Position numbers and translations under genes: made by a program. This document shows positions 25,703 to 33,319 of a DNA stretch of 52,871 nt, one piece after another. The stretch is from Thermoplasmata archaeon (GTDB lineage Archaea > Thermoplasmatota > Thermoplasmata > Lutacidiplasmatales > UBA184). The stretch's first letter is position 1, and each line of letters starts with the position of its first letter. Below the pieces are notes generated by a model that was not told the origin of the DNA, made no database searches, and worked only from the letters and a program-made list of their open reading frames with translations. The stretch covers positions 1 to 52,871 of the forward strand of contig JBOGRR010000002.1 of NCBI GenBank assembly GCA_050749765.1. Reading direction: 5' to 3'.

Positions 25703-27298
25703 ATGGCTCTTAGCCCGGCGACCGATGAGGTCCTCGTGGCTCGGGGCCGACTCCAAATGGCCGATCGCACCCTCGATCTCACCCCCGCGCACGGACCAAA
25801 CGCGATCGGCGTCGTCGATGTCGGTTCGAACACCGCCCGGCTCGTGGTCTTCGACGCCAGCCGCTCGAGGGTCGTTCGCCCGATCTTCGAAGCCAAGGAG
25901 ATCCCTCGGCTCGGGGCGCATCTGAGCGCGGATGGGTCGCTCGCGCCCGAGGCGATCGAGCGCGGCGTCGAGTCGCTGCGTCGATTCGCTCAGACCCTCC
26001 GGGGTCTCGAGGTGCGGCGGACGCTCGCGGTGACGACGAGCGCGGTGCGCGACGCGCCGAACGGCCGGGAGTTCGTGCGCGCCGCCGAACGCGCGACCGG
26101 GATCCTGCTCCGGGTACTGACCGGGGCGGAGGAAGCGCGCTACGGCTACCTGGGCGTGGCGAGCGCGTGGGAGTTGCACAACGATCTCGTCGTCGACCTC
26201 GGCGGGGGGTCGCTGCAGGTCGTGGAGACCCGCAAGGGACTGCTCGCGAACTCGGTGAGCCTGCCCCTCGGCGGGCTGCGCCTCACCCAGCGATTCATCG
26301 CGCACGACCCGCCGAAGGACCGCGAACTCGAGGATCTGCGCGACGAGGTGCGAGGGTCGATCCACTCGACCCTCACCGCGTTCGCGGGGGGGGAGTACCG
26401 CGTCTTCGCGATGGGCGGAACCGTGCGCGCGGTCGCCCGGGCGGCGATCGAGCTGCGCGAGTATCCGATCCCGAGGGTCCACGGCTACGCGATCCGCCAG
26501 CACGACCTCGACGCGCTCCGGGGGCTCGTCGCCGAACTTCCGACGGGAAAGCGACGGGCGATTCCGGGGATCGGCCAAGAGCGCGCCGACGTGATCGATG
26601 CGGGACTCGTCGTGCTCACCGAGCTACTGCGCGTTTCGAAGGCGTCCGAGATCCTCGTCACGGGGACGGGGATCCGTGAGGGACTCGCGCTCGAGGCGAT
26701 CGACGCCTCGCTCCCCGCCTCGGCCGAGGCGCTCGCGGACCGGTCGGTGGAGGCGGCCGCCGAACGGTTCACGTTCTCGATCGATCGCGGGCGCGAGGTC
26801 GCCGACCTCGCGAGCCAGCTCTTCGATCTCCTCGCGCCCGCGCGCGAGTGGGGAGCAAGCGAGCGACTCGCGCTCCGGGTCGCCGCCCAGATGCACGACG
26901 CGGGGGTCTCGATCGACCTCTGGCGCCACGCGCACCACTCGGCCTACCTCATTCGCAATTACCCGATCTGGGGCCTCACCCACCGTGAGACGCTGCTCGC
27001 CGCAACGATCGTCGCGCTCCATGCCGGGGACGATCTCCCGAGCGGGCTGCGCAAAGGGCTCCAGCCGGTCCTCCGCTCGGGCGACCCCGGGCTCGCGCGA
27101 CGGCTCAGCGCACTCCTTCAGCTCGCCGGGCTCCTGGCCCCCGCCGGTCCCAAGTTCGCACTGAGCGCGAGCGGCGAGGCCCTGGCCGTGACCTTTACAA
27201 GTCCCCCGGCTACGACCCTACCCCCCCGAGCCGTGGAGAAATCCAAGAAGCCCATCGAACGCGAACTCGGCCTGGAGGTCCGCTTCCGCGATGGCTGA
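25703..27298 (+). CDS. ppx: exopolyphosphatase (Ppx/GppA family)
   Basis: ASKHA motifs: VVDVGSNTARLVVF, AVTTSAVRDAPNG and VVDLGGGSLQV. The C-terminal HD-like domain reads QMHDAGVSIDLWRHAHHSAYLI. ATG 25703 was chosen; ATG 25757 is a possible alternative. Confidence 0.9.
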   Translation: MALSPATDEVLVARGRLQMADRTLDLTPAHGPNAIGVVDVGSNTARLVVFDASRSRVVRPIFEAKEIPRLGAHLSADGSLAPEAIERGVESLRRFAQTLRGLEVRRTLAVTTSAVRDAPNGREFVRAAERATGILLRVLTGAEEARYGYLGVASAWELHNDLVVDLGGGSLQVVETRKGLLANSVSLPLGGLRLTQRFIAHDPPKDRELEDLRDEVRGSIHSTLTAFAGGEYRVFAMGGTVRAVARAAIELREYPIPRVHGYAIRQHDLDALRGLVAELPTGKRRAIPGIGQERADVIDAGLVVLTELLRVSKASEILVTGTGIREGLALEAIDASLPASAEALADRSVEAAAERFTFSIDRGREVADLASQLFDLLAPAREWGASERLALRVAAQMHDAGVSIDLWRHAHHSAYLIRNYPIWGLTHRETLLAATIVALHAGDDLPSGLRKGLQPVLRSGDPGLARRLSALLQLAGLLAPAGPKFALSASGEALAVTFTSPPATTLPPRAVEKSKKPIERELGLEVRFRDG

Positions 27299-27989
27299 TC
27301 CTGCGGCGCCGGCCCGCGGCTATCCCGGGCGACTGCTCGTGTTCGAGGGCCTCGACGGGAGCGGGAAGTCGACCCAGGCCCACCTGCTGGGGAAGTGGCT
27401 CGGTTCTCGCGGCTATCGTGTCTTCCATACCGAGTGGAACTCTTCCGACCTCGTGAGCGAGATCATCCGACGGGGGAAGAAGCGCGGTTTGCTCACGCCG
27501 ACGACCTTCAGCCTGTTGCACGCGACCGACTTCGCCGACCGCTTCGAGCGGCAGATCCTTCCGCCGCTGCGGGCCGGCTACCTCGTCATCTGCGACCGTT
27601 ATGCTTACACGGCGTTCGCGCGCGACGCGGCGCGGGGCTGCGCGCCGGATTGGGTGCGCAACCTCTACGCCTTCGCTCCGCCGCCGGACCGCACGTACTA
27701 CTTCCAGGTCCCGGTCGCGCTCACGTTGCGTCGCAAGACGGCGTCCCGCCTCAAGATCTCCTACTACGAGGCCGGCATGGACCTCGGGCTCTCCGACAGT
27801 CTGCACGACAGCTACCTGCTCTTCCAGTCCCGGCTCAAGCGCGAATACGACCGGATGGTGAAGACCGACGGCTTCCACGTCCTCGACGCGCGAGGCACCG
27901 TAGAGGAGATCCAGCAAGGGCTGCGCGCCGATCTCCGGGGATTGCTCGAGGCATTCCCGACGAGGGGGAGGCTCGCACATGAAGGGTAG
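27291..27989 (+). CDS. thymidylate-kinase-fold P-loop kinase A (annotatable as dTMP kinase family; candidate polyP-kinase subunit)
   Basis: Motifs: LLVFEGLDGSGKSTQ (canonical Walker A), LLHATDFADR and ICDRYAYTAF. The ATG overlaps the ppx stop by 8 nt (ATGGCTGA). Confidence 0.85.
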   Translation: MADPAAPARGYPGRLLVFEGLDGSGKSTQAHLLGKWLGSRGYRVFHTEWNSSDLVSEIIRRGKKRGLLTPTTFSLLHATDFADRFERQILPPLRAGYLVICDRYAYTAFARDAARGCAPDWVRNLYAFAPPPDRTYYFQVPVALTLRRKTASRLKISYYEAGMDLGLSDSLHDSYLLFQSRLKREYDRMVKTDGFHVLDARGTVEEIQQGLRADLRGLLEAFPTRGRLAHEG

Positions 27990-28719
27990 GACCTACGGAA
28001 CGCGGCTCCCGGGGATGACGGAGGATCCCCTGAACGGTCGGCTGATCGTGATCGAGGGGGCCGACGGCTCGGGTCGCACGACCGAGGTCGGGCGCCTCAA
28101 GGAGTCGCTCGAGATCGACGGCCACTCCGTCGTCGACACCGGCCTGCGACGTTCCACGCTCGTGAGCGAACAGATCGACCAGGCGAAGCGGGGCCACACC
28201 CTCGCCCCGACGACGATGGCGCTGCTCTACGCGACCGACTACGCGGATCAGCTCGAGAACAAGATGATCCCCGCGCTCGCCGCCGGGAGCACCGTGCTCG
28301 CGGACCGGTACATCTACACGCTGATGGCGCGGGCCATCGCCCGGGGAGCCTCGCGGCGCTGGGCCGAGGAGCTCTACGGGTTTGCGCTGCGACCGGACCT
28401 CGTGATCTTCCTGGACGCCCGGCCCGAGATCCTCCTGCACCGCGCGATCTCGAAGTATGGGAGCCTCGACTACTGGGAGTCGGGAATGGACCTTTCGATC
28501 TCCGCGGACCGATTCCAGAGCTTTCTCGAGTACCAGGCCCGACTGCGCCGCGAGTTCGCGTGGATGGAGGGGGCCTATGGCTTCCACATGCTGGACGCGA
28601 ACCGCCACCCCGACCAGGTCCACGCCGATGTCGCGCGCTGGGTCGCGCCGCTCTACGGGGGCGAACGCCCCCGCCCCAAGCGACCTAGCGGCGGGCGGCC
28701 CCCCACTGCTTCCGAGTGA
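27979..28719 (+). CDS. thymidylate-kinase-fold paralog B with Walker A Lys replaced by Arg (candidate non-catalytic or regulatory subunit)
   Basis: Motifs: LIVIEGADGSGRTTE (Arg codon cgc at 28075-28077), LLYATDYADQ and LADRYIYTLM. It aligns along its length with kinase A. The ATG overlaps the upstream stop by 11 nt, and GGGGGAGG ends 7 nt upstream. Confidence 0.85.
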   Translation: MKGRTYGTRLPGMTEDPLNGRLIVIEGADGSGRTTEVGRLKESLEIDGHSVVDTGLRRSTLVSEQIDQAKRGHTLAPTTMALLYATDYADQLENKMIPALAAGSTVLADRYIYTLMARAIARGASRRWAEELYGFALRPDLVIFLDARPEILLHRAISKYGSLDYWESGMDLSISADRFQSFLEYQARLRREFAWMEGAYGFHMLDANRHPDQVHADVARWVAPLYGGERPRPKRPSGGRPPTASE

Positions 28720-29191
28720 GCAACCACTCCAGCCGGCCGGCCCCGGGGGCGACCCGGCGGGGGAACTCGATCGCGGCCGTCCCGGCCTTGCGGAGGTGCG
28801 CGATCGGGACCGTCTCGGCGGTCAGGGCGAGCCCGACGAGCTGGGCGAGACCCGGTGCATGCCCCACGAGCACGACCGCCCCCGACGGGCGAGCCTCCCG
28901 CACCAGCCGCTCGAACGCCTCGAGCGGAGCCCGGCCGATCCCGAGCTCGGGCCACGACCGGAGCGAGGGCGCGGGTTCGAGCTCTTCCGCGAAGATCTCG
29001 GCGGTGCGGGTGGTTCGGCGCGCGGGGCTCGTGCCGATCCAGTCGACCGCTCCGACCACCCGCGCGAACGCGCGAGCGACCGCGCGCGTTTCGCGCGATC
29101 CCTGCGGGGAGAGCGGTCGGGCCGTGTCGCCCGGCCACCGAGCCGGATCTCGGGGATACGCCGGTCCGTGGCGCACGAGATAGAGCTTCAT
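28685..29191 (-). CDS. sixA: SixA-type phosphohistidine phosphatase (histidine phosphatase superfamily)
   Basis: Motifs: MKLYLVRHGPA (RHG motif), SPARRTTRTAEI and VLVGHAPGL. The 3' end overlaps kinase B by 35 nt in a convergent arrangement. Confidence 0.8.
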   Translation of the reverse strand: MKLYLVRHGPAYPRDPARWPGDTARPLSPQGSRETRAVARAFARVVGAVDWIGTSPARRTTRTAEIFAEELEPAPSLRSWPELGIGRAPLEAFERLVREARPSGAVVLVGHAPGLAQLVGLALTAETVPIAHLRKAGTAAIEFPRRVAPGAGRLEWLLTRKQWGAARR

Positions 29192-29241
29192 ACGGGCTCG
29201 AGCGCGACGAGTCGCAGTCCCCCTTGAGCGTTCGGGCGGGG

Positions 29242-29943
29242 TTAGGCCCGGGCCGTGCGACCCCAGCGCTCACCGAGGGCGAGGCCGAGCGCGGCGCGAA
29301 CCAGCAGAAGAGCGACCACAAAGAGCGGGATCAGGAACACGTCGCCCGCCGGCCACGCGAGGCCGAGGGCTTCCCCGCCCCAGAAGGTCGCGAACGCAAA
29401 GAGGAGCGAGGTCGCGCCGAGCTTCAACCACGGGGCCTTGATGCGCCGGATCCGCTCGTGGACGAGTGCGACGTAGATCGCGAGCACCGCTCCGGCCGCG
29501 AGGGCGCCGACGAGCGCCGAGCCCGCCGCGCCCCCCGCGGCGAGTGGGACGAGCACGGCGACGGCCTCGGTCGCCTCGACCGCGCCGACGGTGAACCCCG
29601 CCGCGAAGTGGACGGGCGCGGACGGCGGGGGCCCCCGCTCCGAAGCCGGTTGGCGCGCGCGACGGTAGCTCCGCAGCGTGCTTCGGAACAGGAAGACCCC
29701 GAACGCCGCGAGCACGATCGCGGATGCGGCGAGGAGCTCCGCCGAGGGGATCGCCGCGAGCGTCGCACCGGCGACGGCGGCGACTCCAGCGACGAGCGCG
29801 ACGCCCGCGGCGGCCCCCATCGCGCCGTGGCGTACCGAGCCGTGTTCGATCCCGAGGGCGAAGATCAGGAGGACGACCTCCGTCATCTCGAGCAGCGTGA
29901 TCACGAAGGCGAGCAGGAGCGGCGCTGGCGCGAGGAGGCTCAT
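29242..29943 (-). CDS. integral membrane protein with internal two-fold repeat (E-x-T-E motifs)
   Basis: About 6 TM segments. LLEMTEVVLLIFALG in the first half is mirrored by AVEATEAVAVLVPLA in the second. ATG 29943 is preferred to TTG 29958. The family was not recognised. Confidence 0.65.
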   Translation of the reverse strand: MSLLAPAPLLLAFVITLLEMTEVVLLIFALGIEHGSVRHGAMGAAAGVALVAGVAAVAGATLAAIPSAELLAASAIVLAAFGVFLFRSTLRSYRRARQPASERGPPPSAPVHFAAGFTVGAVEATEAVAVLVPLAAGGAAGSALVGALAAGAVLAIYVALVHERIRRIKAPWLKLGATSLLFAFATFWGGEALGLAWPAGDVFLIPLFVVALLLVRAALGLALGERWGRTARA

Positions 29944-29988
29944 TGCGCCGGGTCGCAATCGCGCCGAGGCTAAAGGTTGCGCGCGGAC

Positions 29989-30753
29989 CTAGGTCGACGA
30001 CGGTCGTGACTTCGTCGGAGCATGCAGGCAGTCGAGCTGCTCGTGGATCGTCGGCCAGCTCGGCTGATCGAGCAAGTGACCGGCCTTCACCCGCTTCGTC
30101 TCGAGGTAGCGCGCATTGTAGCGGTTCGGGCGGACCACGAGCGGGATCCGCCCTTCGACGATCGTCCCGTGCACCTGAAGGTCGGCGATCTTCGCGGGGT
30201 TGTTCGACAGCAGGAGGACCGAGCGGACTTCGAGGGCGTCCAACATGCGGGCCGCGACCTCGTAATCGCGCTCGTCGGGCCGAAAGCCCAAGGCCTCGTT
30301 CGCCTCGATCGTGTCGAGACCGAGTTCCTGAAGACGGTAGGCCTTGATCTTGTTCTCGAAGCCGATCCCGCGACCTTCCTGGCGCAGGTACAGGAGGACC
30401 CCGCAGTCCTGGCGCCCGAGCTCATGGAGGGCGAGTTCGAGCTGTTCGCGGCAGTCGCACCGCAACGAGCCGAAGACATCTCCCGTGAGGCATTCCGAGT
30501 GCAGTCGGACCGGCACCCGCGTCCCCTCGGCCACGTGGCCCCGGACGAGGGCGGCGTGCTCTTTGCGATCGAGCCGGCTGTGGAAGGCGACGACCTGGAA
30601 GTCGCCGAAGCGGCTCGGAAGGTCGGCGACCGAGCTGATGCGCACCAACGGGCCGCTCGAGCCGTCGCCCGGGTCGTGAGCCGGGTCGTTTAGGATCTCC
30701 TCCGCAGAAGGTTTGGGAACGCCCATCGTCCGAGGCTCCGCGATCGGAGCCAT
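29989..30753 (-). CDS. ribA: GTP cyclohydrolase II
   Basis: Motifs: VRLHSECLTGDVFGSLRCDCREQL (Zn Cys triad), LLYLRQEGRGIGFENKIKAY and DERDYEVAARML. ATG 30753 was chosen because a TATA-like CGTTATG (30777-30783, minus sense) is centred 27 nt upstream. GTG 30771 is the maximal ORF start. Confidence 0.88.
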   Translation of the reverse strand: MAPIAEPRTMGVPKPSAEEILNDPAHDPGDGSSGPLVRISSVADLPSRFGDFQVVAFHSRLDRKEHAALVRGHVAEGTRVPVRLHSECLTGDVFGSLRCDCREQLELALHELGRQDCGVLLYLRQEGRGIGFENKIKAYRLQELGLDTIEANEALGFRPDERDYEVAARMLDALEVRSVLLLSNNPAKIADLQVHGTIVEGRIPLVVRPNRYNARYLETKRVKAGHLLDQPSWPTIHEQLDCLHAPTKSRPSST

Positions 30754-30843
30754 TGGGCGAATGGAGGTCACCGGTCCATAACGTTACCGGGCGAGCCGCT
30801 CGGACCCTCCGTACTCCGCGTCGGCGGCACCCCCCCGCGCCGC

Positions 30844-30852
30844 CCTATATCC
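30844..30852 (+). promoter_or_regulatory. TATA-box-like element (CCTATATCC)
   Basis: Centred ~25 nt upstream of ATG 30873. Confidence 0.4.
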
Positions 30853-30872
30853 TCGCGGGCGCTTCGATCGCC

Positions 30873-31247
30873 ATGGGGCTTCGATACACGGGGATCCGCG
30901 TGACCGACCTCGATCGGTCGATCGAGTTCTACACCGAGGTCATGGGGCTGCGCGAGCAGCGGCGGGGCCGGACGGGCCATGGAGGGATCTGGGTCCTGCT
31001 GGCCGATCCCCGCACCCACCAACGTCTCGAACTGAACTGGTACCCTCCCGCCTCGCCGTTCGCGACGCGCTACACTCCTGGCGATGGGCTCGACCACGTC
31101 GGGTTTCGCATCGCCCGGAAGGCGGCGTTCGTGCGCCGAGCGCTCGCCCGCGGAGTGAAGCCCGCCCTCCAACCGTCGGACCAGAACGGGGTCCCCGGGG
31201 TCTACTACTTCCACGATCCGGATGGCAATTGGGTCGAGGTCTTCTGA
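30873..31247 (+). CDS. VOC-family (glyoxalase I-like) protein
   Basis: Motifs: YTGIRVTDLDRSIEFYTEVMGL, GLDHVGF and YFHDPDGNWVEVF. ATG 30873 lies within the longer track ORF. Confidence 0.8.
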   Translation: MGLRYTGIRVTDLDRSIEFYTEVMGLREQRRGRTGHGGIWVLLADPRTHQRLELNWYPPASPFATRYTPGDGLDHVGFRIARKAAFVRRALARGVKPALQPSDQNGVPGVYYFHDPDGNWVEVF

Positions 31248-31280
31248 GCTCCCGCCCCCCGAGCGACGGCGCGGAGGGGA

Positions 31281-31353
31281 TGGGCCGGGACGGATTTGAA
31301 CCGTCGATCTCCGCCTTGTAAGGGCGACGTCCTAACCGCTAGACCACCGGCCC
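31281..31353 (-). tRNA. tRNA-Val (anticodon TAC)
   Basis: The minus-strand reading is GGGCCGGTGGTCTAGCGGTTAGGACGTCGCCCTTACAAGGCGGAGATCGACGGTTCAAATCCGTCCCGGCCCA. It folds with a 7-bp acceptor stem, a D-arm, the anticodon loop CTTACAA and a GTTCAAATC T-loop. CCA is not encoded. Confidence 0.93.
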
Positions 31354-33174
31354 GTCGACCGCCCGACGCCGCTCCTCGGTCATGGCCCTGTCGGTGACCG
31401 AGTGCACGCGGTGACGCAGCCGTACGGCGGTCCCCCGAGCGAGTTGCGTCATCATCGGCCCCGGAAGCATCGCCTCGCCGACCGCGGCGAGCGCTCCGGC
31501 GCGCACGACCACCACTGCGTCCCCCACTCGGATCAACGGGTCCGCTCCGCGGACGCCGGGGACGAAGAGATCGCCCGTCAGCGGAACGCGCGGATCGATC
31601 TCGACCGCGAGGGGGGGATCGGGCATCAACCGCTCGCCGCCCGCGACGGTGAGCTGGAAGATCCCGCGCTCTTCCTGCCACGTCGCGAGATCGGTCCCAT
31701 GCCCGTCGGTCAACCGCTGGAACCACGGCCGCCCCGCGAGCCGGATCGGGGCGCGGAAGAGTCGCGCGGCGCCCGCGCGGCCGAACTGCCAGGAGGCGAC
31801 CTCGGCGAGCTCCTCGCGCACGACGCTCAAGGGACCGCCCGCGACCGGCCGGGAACCCTCGAGGGCGGCGACGAGCGCGGAATGCAGCGAGGCGATCGCC
31901 ACGTTCGAGGTCGTGCGATCGTCTCCGATCGTCCAGACGACCGGTCGCGTCGAGCCGAGGACGTCGGTGAGGAAGCCGTACTCGGCCGGGTCGAGGTGGG
32001 CGATGACGCTGCGATAACCTCCCGTCTCGAGAAGGTGGCGGAGCCCGTGTCGAACGGCGTCACGTTCCGCCTCCGACCAATCGCCGGTGACGGGTATGTC
32101 GTAGTGTCGGGCCGGGTAGACGTCCTCGAGCTCGCGAGGGACGACGCCGATCGGGGAGCTGACCGACACTACGTGGACTCGTTCGAGGGCGTTCAACCCC
32201 TCACCGGCGCTCGCGAATCTCCGGTGGGAGCGCGAACGACGATACGGTTTCGTTCGGCTGCACGGAACGAGCAGGAGCACCTCCTTCGCGTTCGGTGGTC
32301 GGTACCGTTCGATGAGCCGTCGGCGGAAGCGGCGCATTTCGGCGCGGCGCAGCGATTCCGCGAGCACGTAGCGTCCCTGATGGTCTCCGAAGTAGACCGG
32401 GGCCCGCTCCTCGAGGAGTGGGCCGAGGTCGCGATCGGCGTAGCGGAGCATCTCGGCGAGCACCGGCTCGGAAGCCAGACGGGCCTCGACGAGCTCGCGA
32501 AGGCGGCCCGTGGCGATCGCGCGTCGAGTCCGGTCGAGCGCCCGCTCGAACTCCGCGCGCAGGGCCGTCCCCCCGTCGTCGGCCGGGGCGCGCCGAGGTC
32601 CTTCCTCGACTCCGAGCGATTCATCGACCTCGCGCCCGCGAGATCGTTCGAGGAGCCCCTCGGTCGCATCGAGGAGATCGACCCCGAGGTAGGTGAGCAA
32701 CGGCACGCGGTGCGGGAGGGTGACGCGGGGAGCCCAGAGGAGCGGTCCGGCCCCGAGGCGTGCGCGCATCTCGCCGACGCACCGGACGAACGAGTCGCCC
32801 TCGGCCCACATCGCGCGCGCGTTGCCGAGGACCACGAGCTCGGCTCCGGCGAGCCGCGCCCACTCCTCGGCCGAGAGCGGGCCATGGACTACGACGACGC
32901 CCGGCGCGGCGACCTCGGTCCGGGCGCGGCCTCCCGAGATCTCGGGGGCCGAGATGGTGAGGTCGAGGTCGAGCGCGCAGGGGCCGGAGCGGATCGTGAG
33001 GTAGCGGTGGCCGCTCGGCGCGCCGGGCCGTTCGAGGAGCACCGGACCGCGGGTCGGCTCCTCCTCAGCGTCCGAAGCCGGCCAGAGGAGCGTCGGCAAC
33101 TCGAGGTGGATCGGTCCCACCGTCGCATCGCCCGCACACGCGAGCCCTTCGAGGGTGTGGACCGACCGCGTCAT
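31339..33174 (-). CDS. arcS: archaeosine synthase ArcS-like (TGT-related N-terminus, DUF5591-type core, C-terminal PUA)
   Basis: Core motifs: LLLVPCSRTKPYRRSRSH...VHVVSVSSPIGVVPRELEDVYPARHYDIPVTG. A PUA-like C-terminus reads VGDAVVVVRAGALAAVGEA. The last 15 nt overlap the 5' part of tRNA-Val. Confidence 0.8.
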   Translation of the reverse strand: MTRSVHTLEGLACAGDATVGPIHLELPTLLWPASDAEEEPTRGPVLLERPGAPSGHRYLTIRSGPCALDLDLTISAPEISGGRARTEVAAPGVVVVHGPLSAEEWARLAGAELVVLGNARAMWAEGDSFVRCVGEMRARLGAGPLLWAPRVTLPHRVPLLTYLGVDLLDATEGLLERSRGREVDESLGVEEGPRRAPADDGGTALRAEFERALDRTRRAIATGRLRELVEARLASEPVLAEMLRYADRDLGPLLEERAPVYFGDHQGRYVLAESLRRAEMRRFRRRLIERYRPPNAKEVLLLVPCSRTKPYRRSRSHRRFASAGEGLNALERVHVVSVSSPIGVVPRELEDVYPARHYDIPVTGDWSEAERDAVRHGLRHLLETGGYRSVIAHLDPAEYGFLTDVLGSTRPVVWTIGDDRTTSNVAIASLHSALVAALEGSRPVAGGPLSVVREELAEVASWQFGRAGAARLFRAPIRLAGRPWFQRLTDGHGTDLATWQEERGIFQLTVAGGERLMPDPPLAVEIDPRVPLTGDLFVPGVRGADPLIRVGDAVVVVRAGALAAVGEAMLPGPMMTQLARGTAVRLRHRVHSVTDRAMTEERRRAVDGPVV

Positions 33175-33319
33175 GAAGCGCCCGGAGGGTGCCGAGCCGG
33201 GGCGAGGGGTAAGGTTGACGATAGGTCCCCCTCGGTCGGCTCATCGCGCGGCGCCCGTCGTCCTCGCCGCTCGCGAGGGGGCCGATTCCCGAAGGGAGCG
33301 ACCGCGGTGGAGCGAGGGA

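Noticed and set aside
27291-28719. Tandem TMPK-like genes as a trivial recent duplication of housekeeping tmk
   Set aside because: The copies are deeply diverged and clearly differentiated (Walker A K vs R). They are translationally coupled to ppx and flanked by CHAD, which argues for a dedicated heteromeric function. They are retained as the main finding rather than dismissed.
31281-31353. tRNA genes (Val at 31281-31353, Leu at 47401-47485) as integration sites of mobile elements
   Set aside because: There is no integrase, no direct repeat of the tRNA 3' end nearby, and no compositional break. Flanking genes are housekeeping.
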